IMG/VR virus record: IMGVR_UViG_3300021399_000134
Coordinates: 21,279-85,278 of that record
Source of the DNA: a virus
Taxonomy: Duplodnaviria; Caudoviricetes
DNA length: 64,000 nucleotides
Direction: 5' to 3' (one strand)
Below are positions 1 through 12,000 of this stretch, one piece after another. A program made the position numbers and the translations under genes. How positions within the stretch are numbered: the stretch's first letter is position 1; the number at the start of each line of letters is the position of its first letter. The notes beneath the pieces were generated by a model, which was not told the origin of the DNA, ran no database searches, and was given only the letters and a program-made list of their open reading frames with translations.

Positions 1-3000
1 TTCTTGAACTAAATCCTTTAAATTATCAACTGTATTTGCATATTCTTCAGTATATGAGTTTACTGCTTGTGTCAATTCAGCAATCTTACTTAAAGTTTCT
101 TCTAGATTACCAACTTCATCTCCACTATCTAATATTTCTTTGTATCGAAGTAATTCCGTATAAGCATTTTGTCGCTCTGAATCAACATAATTAAGTTTGT
201 CTGCGTAAGCATCAAGTGTAGCCAAACCATCATCTGTTAAACCGAATATATCTTTATCTGTTAGAGTCTTGTGACTTAACATTGTGATGATATGTTCTGT
301 ATAGGTAACTGCATCTTCAAGATATTGTTTCATAATTTCAAATGGTCTAAGTTTAATTTCATTCAATGCCTTACGATTCTCTATGAGTTTATTTTCATCC
401 GAAAGAATGTTTTGCTCAAGTTCACTCTGTGCGGTTAACCCTTTCACATATTGTTCGGAACTAATTTCGCCAGCCTCATACTTAGCCTTTAATGCCTGAC
501 TATATGCCTCAAGCATTTTTGTGTTATTGTCAATATTAGTCTGCGTCAATTGGTTGCTTATATTATAATAATCTTCTGTCAAATATCTACCTACAGTTTC
601 AAGATACTCGCCCCTTGCCTCTAAACTCGAAATACTTGCTTTGGTAATACTTTCATACAAATCATATTCTGCTTGAAGATTTTCAAGTTCCTTAAAATGA
701 GAATCTTGTATTTTCTCCCTGTATTCTAATATATGTTGTTGCCTTGAAAGTATATCTTCATTCGCATCATCAATAGCAAGAAGATAACCATATTGCTCGG
801 TTAAATATTCTCGGCTTTGCGACTCGTAAGAATTTTTGTCGGACGCATATCCTACTTGTTCCTCCATAGCCTGAGCAATGTCATAATTAGTGCTTGCCTC
901 ATCTGCGTGACCTTGATATGCACTAATTAGAGTTTCACGAATATTCTTTTCATTTTCTTCTCGTGCAGTATCTCTTTCTAACTCTAAAGCCTCAATCTCA
1001 GCCTTAATTTCCTTGCTTAAAGAAGTGTTATATGTAGCAAGTATACCTTGTAAATTAGCAGGTAATTTCTTTAATAAACTATCAGGAATTTCCTTGCCAC
1101 TCTTGATTAAGGTTTTAACTTTGTTCTTAATCTTCTTGGCAACTTTACTTTTCCTTAACGCATTCTTAACATTGTTAGGAACTTTCTGACCACCACCTAA
1201 AGTACCTGTACTCAAAGTGTGCAAACGTTTAGCATAATAATCCTCATTTGCTGAATTGTCTTTTCGATATGTGGCAATATCGCTAGCATACAAATCATCT
1301 TGTTCAGCCAAAGTAGTCGCATTTTCTCTAGCAATAGAATTATACGAACGCATAGCCTCGTTCTCATCTAAAATATTTTGCAAAATATTATGATGAATGT
1401 CTAGGATTTCTTTATCTCTCTGTGCCCTCAATTCAGCCACTTTTGCTTGGTCTTTCTCCAACTGTGCTTGCTTAATCTGATACTTGTAAGATTGATTAAT
1501 CCATTTTATCTTTTGGCGTTCATATTTATTCTTTTCCTTTGCACTCTTAACTAATTCCTCATTAGCCTCAATAGATGCTTTTTCTTGGTCAGCCTGATCC
1601 ACATATTCTTGATACCACGCATTATATGTTTCTCGCCAACTGGTATGTGCTTCTTCAGCAGCCTTTTCAGCATTTTTAGCATTATCCCAATAACCTTGAT
1701 AAGTAGTAATTATGTTAGCAGCCTTTTCGCCATATTTTTTTATCAATTCATCTGGACTGCCTTTAATAGCACCAGTACGCAATTTTTCTAAACTAACACC
1801 AGCACCATATAAAATATTAAGTCTACCATTCTTGCGAAGATAACTCTCTGCTTTACCATAATACTTTTTAGCCGCAATCTCTTGTGATTTCCAAAGGTTT
1901 TCGTATTGCTTAATCTGAGATTTATAATTAGCATCTTTCGCACGCATATTAAATAAATTCTCTAATTTAGCCTTTGTATAATCAATTACATTCTGCAAAT
2001 GCTGAAGCCTACGAGCAATCCAATCAATTTCTTGCGATGTATCAGTTTCTGAAGAATTAGAACCTGACTTGCTACCATCATCTCCTTTATTACCTCTTTC
2101 AGTTTCAGTTTTGCTCTCAGTTTCTGTGGCTATTTTTGCAAATTTAGTTTGGATTGACTTACCTACTTCTTCGGCTTTTTGTTCTGCTTTTGCTAATTGG
2201 TCGTCTAGATTTTTTTCAGCCTCACTAGGTACACTACCTTTTCTGAACTTTAAAAACTTATAAGTTCTTAATGCTGCTAATTGAGCAGCTGTTGCTCCTG
2301 CTTTATTACCTAACTTGATAAGTGCATTAACATCATCTTCTGTATTTAAAGCAACTTTATTGAAACCACGCTTAGCAATTAGTGTTTGAGCCATAGCAAA
2401 TGTAGCGGATTTACTTGCACCAGTTAACTTTGATAATTCCTCAATATCTGAAAGAGTAGCATTTTTCAGGTCATTAGACATTAAAGCAGTCACTTTTTTC
2501 TGGAATGCTAAATCTCTAAATGCTTGTGCTGAATTTTCAGCATAACCTTGCTCTATAATAAATGCGTCTATTTCTTGTTGAGTAGCGTCTATTAACCTTT
2601 TGCCTTTTTTGGTGGCAAATTCTTTTGAGTAAGCATTATCTTTGTTCTGTCTAATTAATTTGCTTAACACAATATCATGAGCATTAGTGACACCCATTTC
2701 TTTTAACTGTGTTTCGTAATAACCTTTGCTATCTTCATCTACTTTAGCCAAGAATTCATCCGTAGAAACATAGGCAGTAGCAAGTTTATCTTGTGCTACT
2801 TTTAAGTCATCAAGCGACTTTTCACTATCGCCTGCAACATTTTTATAATTTTCCCAAGCCTTAGCGGCTTTACCAGTCCATTGGTCTACACCTAATGTTG
2901 TTCTTAATCCTTCTAGTGTGTCTGTTCCTACAGCACCATAAGTACCAGTTTTATCTTCTTTCTTTTCAGAATAAGCAGAAGTAATAGCGGTTATGCCACC

Positions 3001-6000
3001 CTTCATGGCAGATAGTGCTTGTGTGGAATCAGGTATTTGATTAATATAATCAAGGACTTCTTTGACAGAAAAGCCTAAATCTTCAAAGTGTTCTTTAACT
3101 CCATTAATATTGGATAATGTTTTATAATTTAAAGTTCCACCAATAGCCAAGTCTAATAGTGATTTTCTCTGGTCTGACGATAATAATTTCCAAGCATCAT
3201 TCATTGCAATACGCTCTGCTTTTAATTGCTTTAAAGCATATTTTTTGGCTCGTTTAGTAAACTCTGCTGTACTTTCTTCTGTATAATCAAGTCCAACTTT
3301 TGGCTGAAATTCTTGAAAGTCCTCTAATTCTTGTATTTGATTGTCTAAATCGTATTGCCTTATAAAATCGTTCGCATTGGTAGCTTTTGCACGTTCTTTC
3401 TTTAACTGTGCTAGTCGACGTTGTAACCCTGTATCTTCTTGACGTTGTAACTCTGTATCTTTTTTTAAAATAGCCTTATTGCGATAATTTAAATAATTAA
3501 CATCATCTTTAGTTAATTTTAAAATAGCTTTCTTTTCTTTGTTAGATAAACTATCCCAATCAATTTTATCGCCAAACATATCATAGATAAGTTGTTCTTG
3601 TTCATCTCTTATATAGCCTAATTCATGTAAGTAATCTAATAGTGACTCTAAATTATCAAAACCATTTTCATCAGCAAAATTAGTTAGACGTAATTTAAGG
3701 TCGCTATCTTCAGGTAGATTTAATATTTTTTCAACTGTATTACTGGATATATCTTGCTGGATATCTTCTAATGCGAGTGTTGGTTCTAATTTAAGATTAG
3801 CTTTAAACTCCCATGTTGCGATTTCTTCTTGTAAGGCAGGATATTCCATATTAAACCAATCAACTACATCTACATTTGAACTATTCAATAATTCAACTAA
3901 CTTTTTCCTAGTAGATTCAATATCGTCTTGATTTCCTGACTTTAATGCTTCATCATAGGCTTCTTTTGCTTTATCGACTTTAGCATATTGTTCTGTGCTA
4001 GTTTCATTGTTCAGTATGCGTTGATAATAAATCATGGCTTTCATTAAATCCTTGTTGGATTCATAGAAAGAATTAGCTTCTGCTAATTTATTATTAAGCT
4101 TATCTAGGAATTTATTATTAATATCATTATAGTTAGCACTAATATCTCTTATTTCTTGTAAATCTTTGATTACATCTTCAACATTGCCAGTAATAATTCC
4201 GCCATTAAATCGCTCATTTAATATTTTATCAAATTTTTCACTACCTGACGAACCTAATTTAACATCTCTAGAAATCGTGCCAAACATACTTTGATAATTG
4301 CCCCAACGATTTTGTAAATCTTCGGTTGGAACAGAATAGTTATTTAACATACCTTTAAATGTACTTACAGGGTCGTCGCCACTAAGAACGCTTAAAAGAG
4401 GATTCATAGCTCCAATCCAATTACCAACAGTTTCTCTTGCTTTAGTAAATAATGATTTTTTGTTGAATTCAGTAATAGCATCATCATATGCTTTTTTATT
4501 TAAATTATTTAAAGCATCAGTTTGTCCGTCTATTGCATCATTAATATCTTGAATAGCATCTTTTTCTGTACCATAGTTACTAATCAATTCATTTTGAAGT
4601 TCTAGCAGTCGCTCTCTTGCATTTGAAACTTCGTCCAATGAAGAAGCGGAATCATTAATTGTTTGATGTAATGAATAAATTTCTGATTTATAATTATCAA
4701 TGGTTTCATTCTCAGATTTAAATGTTTCGCCAACTTTTTTAGCAGACTCATTTAATTCATTTTGAGTATTCATTAACTTCGCATAAAATGCAATCGCCGC
4801 TCCTACAGCAATACCTGCTGTTATCCATGAATTCATCATAGTTTTAAATGCAGAAGTAACTTTAGCTTTCACAACGGTTGCTAAATTGCTGAAACTAATA
4901 GCTTGTCGATCTGTTGCACTTGTAGACAATAGAGTAGCTAATACTTGGTCTCTTTGTGCCTCTGTTAATTGAGATGTTGCTAAAGCAGCCCTTAAATCAA
5001 TTTCGGTTATTTCTCTTGTGCCATTTATTAAATTACCTTGTGCATCAATCAGATTTAATTGACCTAAAATTGAATCTCGAACATCCTCAGAAACACCACC
5101 TATATTTAATTTAGAAATAATAGTTGCACTATTAAGGGTATTTGTGTTCTGTAATGATATATTCGCGGCACTTAAAATTTGTTCAATGGCTTCATCCGTA
5201 AATTCGGAATATTTCCCTTGAACATCTTTTAGTATTTTGCGTGCTTGTTCTTCGTCATATCCAACAATAGAATTAGCCAATGTTTTGGTAAAGTCGTCGC
5301 TTTTAATATAACCATCTTTAAATAAATCAGCATAATCAGCATCACTTAACGCCTCTTTGATATTGCCTATTACAGTAGTTATTTCTGTTCCAGTAGTGGT
5401 CATTGATTTCATTTGTTTCCAAATTTCCATAAATGACTTAATGGAAGTTATTAAGCCAAATCCAACGCCACCACCTGTAACTACTTTTGAAACTCCTAAT
5501 TGACCAATTACATTAGCAAGTGCATCTGATAAAGTGATTATATTATCTAATAAAGATTTAATATCTTCTTTATCAAGAATTTGCTGTAATGCACCAACCC
5601 ATGTTTGCTGTATTTCATTAATTTTGAAATCAATAGAATCACGAACAATACCCATTTCTTTGTCAGCACTACCAGCACTTGTTTCAACTGCCTCTATGGC
5701 TGCTCGCACTTGGTCGAAATTAGAAATAATACTAGAACCTACCTGTGCTTGCGTTTTAGCAAACAATTTCTGCAACAATGCATTTTTGTTTTTCTCAGAA
5801 ATTTCATCCCACGAATTTGATAATTCTCCAAGATATTGTACTAAAGATTTGTAATGTCTTTGCGTTTCATCAGTAAATAATGAAATACCTTCTGGATTAC
5901 TTGCTGTTTTTGTTAATTCAACAACATCGCCAGTAATAGTAGATAAATTATTATCTAATTCTTCAGTGCTTTCATTATAACCCCTAACACGCATACTAAT

Positions 6001-9000
6001 ACTTCTTAATGCAGTACCAACTTTTTCACTATTCTGAATAATTTCTTGAGCACCAGTAAACAAAGCAACTGAATCTTGGAAAGATGTACCGACAGCATGA
6101 AGAGCAGCAGATGAACGCTCTAAACCTTCAACAATATCTAAGTTAGATTCTGCAAAAGTATTTCCTAGTTTATTGATTGGGTCCATGATTTCTGTTTTAA
6201 CATCATCTGGTTCGATATTAAATGCTTTCATGATACTGACCAAACCACTTTGTGCAGTTTCTGTATCCATGCCAGGTGATATAGCCGCAAATTGTGAACT
6301 CAATGCCGCCATTTCGGTTGCCGCTTCTCTAGAAGAATAACCTAATCTCGACCATGCTGATGCTTGCGAAATAATTTCAGCAGTAGTTGTACCTAAATTA
6401 GCAGCTGTCTTGGATGATTCTGCATAAAACGCATTTAATTCACTTGTATTCATTGTAGTAGTTTTTCTTAAATCTACTAATTCTGTGTCAAGATTTCTAA
6501 TAACGTCAAATGCTTCTCGTGCATACCTAGATATATCATACAAACTAAGATACATCGAAATAAAGTTAATAGACATCTGCTTGATACGATTTGATAATGA
6601 TTGGAAAATACTTTTACCAGTCTCGCCAGCCCTTACAACATTACTTTCTAATTTAAGTAATTCAGTTGATAATTCTGCAAGTTTTTCTTTGCTATCGGCT
6701 GTTTCTATTTGTATTCTTAAATTAGCAAATTGGTCTTTAAACTCTTTACTCATTGCTGAGTTTTTTGCTACAAACTTATCAAGTTTTAATAATTCACGCG
6801 TTGTATCTTCACGAGTAATTGGTGTATATATTGGTTGATTCATTGTATCAACCAATGTTTTATATTGCTTAGTAAAATCGGTGTATTGTTTAAAAATTTC
6901 TTTTATAGGTATATTTTCAGTTTTTATTTTTTTCGAATATGATTCAATTTGAGCAATAACATCATTAATATCTTTACCAAATTTTCCGTTTCTCGTGGCA
7001 TTTTTTAAATCGTTTAAAGAATTTATAATTGCTTGAAAATCAAATACCTCAACATTTTCAGTTACGTTAAAGGTTTGTAAAGCATTTTGCACCATTCTTA
7101 TGCTTTGAACGATACTGGTAAATTCACTTGAAGCATTATTGCCTAAACTCTTCAAGTATTCTTCAAAACTATCAAAGCCTGTAGTAGACTGTAGCTCTTT
7201 AGAAATTAATTCTAATTGCACTTGTAATTCTTTTAGGTTTTGGTCATAAGTCTGTAAATTCGTCGGGTCGAAAACTTTCTTTTTATTATTATCAAAAATA
7301 CTTGATTGTACTTTCAGATACTCTTTAGCATTCGATATAATCTTATTAAATGGGTCATTATCAATGTCACTCTTTAATCTTCTGAATTGTTCATCCCAAA
7401 TTGATAATTGAGTTTTGTCTTGTTCTGCACCAGCCAATTTATATACCATATCATTAAATGATGTTTGATATTTGCTATAAAAATTAGGGTCAGTCTTAGT
7501 TGCCTCAATTAAATTCTGTAACTTCTGTGAACGTGTTAAATTCTTTTCATCAATTTTAGCAGTATTGTTTTTCTCTTTTTGTACTAACTTTTCTAATTCA
7601 ATCTCTGCTTTAATGCCTTCAAAAGTTTTATCATATAAGGTTTGTTGAGTATCATCATTAACATTTGCTAATTGTGCTCGAAGTTGACCAACAACATCAT
7701 TACCAGAATTCTTTCCAAATTTAGTAGCAAGATTAGTGTCTGATTCTATCTTTTGACTTAAAATATCTAGTTGTTTTAAACCGTTATAAAATTCCGTTTG
7801 CTGAATGTCAATATTCAAGAATTTTTGTGCGTCAGCATTTAAGTCCTTAAATTGTGTTGCCCACATTCTTAGTAAGTTATTATCATTTGTATTTTGTAAT
7901 GAAGTTCTTAATTGTTCTATTCTATTTCGGAAATCATCTGTATAAGCACTATTATTTATTAATACTTGTTCAAGATTATTGAGTTCTTTTTCATACTCAT
8001 TATTTTTAGCAACACGCTCCATATTTTTATGAGTTTCGACTATTTCTTTTCTTAAACGAGAATAGTGTTCATCCCATTCTTTTTGTAGTATCTTGCTATA
8101 ACCTATATCTCCATATATATCTTTAAATTGCATCTTCGAAAGGTCATCATACAATGCTGCAATTTCATTGACATATTTTTGATAATTACTTTCATCTTTA
8201 GCAAGCATAGAAGCAAGCAATTTTAAAGAGTATTCTCTGGTTAATTGTTTTTGGTTATCAACTCTTGTGTTTTCTCCTAGACTTTCTTGGGAAAATAACC
8301 ACTCATCGTCACTATCAGGTGCAAAGATTGCATTTCTAAATTCACCCATAACTAAATAGGAAAGTTTGTTTTTATCTACTTGCCTTTGGATTTTGACAAC
8401 TTCACCTAAAATATCTTTATATTTTTCAGCTTGTGCTCGTACAAATGTTGCCTCTGCATAGAACTCGTCATTAGATGCCCGACTCAAAAATATACTTGGT
8501 CTATCTTTCTTGGTTTCGCTTTTTTGGGAATCTTTACCAAGTCCTTCTGCAACTTGTTTTTTGCTTAATTTATTAAAAATATCAGCAACAGACTTTAATT
8601 CTTCACTTCTAGCCGATAAATTATCAATAAACTTATTGAAATTATCTAAATCATCAAATTTTAAAGCTATAGATAAATTATTTATAGCTTCTGCTAAAGC
8701 CCTAACATTTTCAATACTGTCATTATCAATCGACTTGATCCAATCTAAATTAAAAGGATTTGAATTCTTATTTTGTCTTGGAATCATCTTCTTGAACAAA
8801 TCATTAATTTCAGATATATGTGGTTCAATTCGTGTTTTAAATTCCTTTAACTGTCTAGTTTTATTAGCATAGAAATTTGATATTTTTTTATTAATAGCAG
8901 TAAAGTCAATAGTGTTATAAATAGTATTGAGAATATTTTCAATTTCTGTTTTCATTTCTGTGGTAAGTTTATCATTATGTTCTATAGTCATAGAACTGAA

Positions 9001-12000
9001 AACAGTATTGATAATATTCTTAATCTCATTATTTTTAGTTTTAACAATGTTTACTTCTTCATCTAATATACCTTTTATTGCATTATTGTTCTTTTCAAAA
9101 AACTCTTTTTCAGAATCTAAAGCAGTTTTAAGTTCATTTAATGATGAAGTTAGTGTACTAAAGTTAGTTGTTATATTTTCATAAGACTGGATATTATCTA
9201 ATTCTACAAACTTTTGGTTTAACTTCTCAATATCCTGACTTACTAATATAAGATTTCCTGAAAGAGTGTCTAGTTGGTTTATTTCGCTTGTAATAACACC
9301 TTCTACAATTTGGCGTTCTTGTTCAAAGGCAGCGTTCTTTTCGTCAATGCTAAGTACAATTTCTCTAATCTTATTAACGACTTTATCTAATTTATTTGAT
9401 TCTTCTGTAGTAACTTTATCAACTACAGCCTCTTCATTTAAATAAGCCTTACTTGTATCACTTACATTTGAAGCCTCTGTTGTACTTTCTTTAAGTATTT
9501 TCTTTTCGGCTACCTTACTAAGATTTTTTCTGTTACCACTTAATAAAGAAGTCGATTTCGGAAATGCACTGATTTCTTTTAACTGTTCTTCGTAATTTTG
9601 AATATGTGCTTTTAAACTACCAATATTCAACTGATTAGAATTATCTCCAGCCATTTCTGTAGCAAGGTCTTGTTGTGCTTTCTGTAATAATCTTTCTACT
9701 TTTGGTTTTTCTTCTTTGTAATAAACAGCTAGTTTATTCATTATGTTAAAGAAATCTACAAGGCGATTAAGCCTATCTTTATCGCCTAAACCTCTAAGAA
9801 CTTTATCTCCATATAATTCATTTAATTCTTCAGAAGATATATCCATAATGCCTGCATTAGATAAATCGCCTGCAATACTAGCAAATAATTCATTATGATT
9901 GGACTTATTTAATTTCTTAGGCATTTTGGAATAAGCGTTATAATACTTTCGTAATTCATCATCTAATACCGACGATGTTTTTTCTGAAAGAGTAGTAGCA
10001 ACATTTCCTCCACCAAAAGATTTAATTTCTGATAAGCGATTTATAATTTTATCTAAAGCCACTACAACTTCATTGAAGATAGTTGCAATATTTTGAATAT
10101 TACCTTTATCATCTATTGAAACTAAAGCATCACTCACATCATATAATTCAAGACGAATATCATGCAACAAACCATCTATAGTTTTTAAACTAACTTCTTC
10201 CTCGGTATAATTAAATGCCTTTTCTTTAGTTTTTTCCCAAGTATCTGGAAAATACTTGTTCATTATATCATCTAAAGGTGTTTCAGGAATTTCATTCTTC
10301 ACGTCATCTATCGGTTCTTTAAATCCATTGAGTTTAGAAAGCATAACCTCTAAACGACCTAAAGTTTCTAAATACTCATTAGTAATATGTAATAAGTTTC
10401 TAGCAGAACTTTCATCTTGCACAAAACCCAAAGACTCAGATATATTGTTTAATGCCTTAGCAATATCATCTAACTTTGTAGTTAAATCTTCAGGTACATT
10501 CATTTTTTGAAAACTTTCAGAAGTTTGTTTTGATAGTTTTAAAATAGCAAGTAATGCATCTTTAAAATTCACAATGTAATCAGGAGACTTTGGAACAAGT
10601 TTTTTTTGCTTTTTGTTGGTATTGGCAAGGTTGTCTAATTCTTGCTTTTCTTTTTGTACTTCCTTTGTGACATCCTTTATTTCTTCTTTTTCTTGCTTTG
10701 TAGAAGATATTGCCTTGTCAAAAGCATTTTTAATTGGTTTTGATGCTTCTAAAATGCTATTTAATTCTGCATCAATTTCACCGATTGTATTACCACTGAT
10801 TTCTTCAATAACACCTTCTGTATCATATTTATCTAAATCATCTAAAGCCTTTCTTAATTTAACAAACGGTTCAATGATTTTTTGATTATCTACAGCATTC
10901 CCTTGTTGGTATAAACCTGCATAAATTGCCGAAACCTCATCATATGAGGTTTCTATATCTTGTACAATATCATCTAAAGTAGGTATTACTTCTGGTGGTT
11001 GTTCTACTTTTTTTTTCTTTTTTTGAGATTTTTCTCTTTGTCTTTTAGCAAATTTTTCTTGTGCTATTTTTTGATTTTCGCTTATTTCATCTGGTCTAAT
11101 TTTATCTCTTAAAACAACTTCCCCTCCAGCAATTTCTTTAACCAGATTTGATAAAGTTTCGTCATTTTTAATGCTTTTACCGTCAATAACAATTTCAGGT
11201 GTTACTTTTAATAGTATTGGAGATTCTTCCTCAATAGTTTTTTTGACACCACGAATAAAATCATTCGCTTCTGATTGAGCCTTTTCACCTTTAACATTGA
11301 TTGTAAAATCAATTTGTTGCTTAAAGTCTTTTTCCATTATTTCGGAAATCTTATTAATGCTCTGTCTTATTTCCCCTTCAAATTCAGGGTCCATTTTAAT
11401 TTTAGAAGATGCTAACTGTTGTTGCAAACTTTTCAGTATGTCATTATTCTTTCTTGTAGCGTAGCCTGAAACTAAAACTAATTTTACTTCTAACGGAGTG
11501 GCACTTAATCTTTGTTGAACAGAATTTACTATCTCATATACTGCATCATAAAATTCTTTTCTTGTAGTAGAAATTGATAATGGGATTTCTAATTCATTAG
11601 TACCCATTTCTGATAATAATTTTCTTTTTAATTCTTTTTGCTCTTGAGTTAGATTTTGTATGTTATAATACAGTTGAGTTTTTAATTCATCCACATTATC
11701 CAATTCAATGTTAGGTGAAATGTGTGTTAATTGTTGCACAACTTTGAGTAATTGATCGTAGGTTGACATAAACTTATCAAAGCTTAAATCAGGCATGTCA
11801 ACACTTAATTCAGAAAACTGATAATCTAGTCTAGCAAAATCTTTTAAAAATTGATTAAAGGCTTTTTCTCGTTCAACTAGAGGTTTTTTTGATAATTCTC
11901 CATGAGTTAAATTATTTATATTTCTAACCAGTGTAGCAAATTCTTTTTGTACATTTGCAGCAGCTTCTTCTGTATCGCCAACAAATCCTTGTGCCTCTTG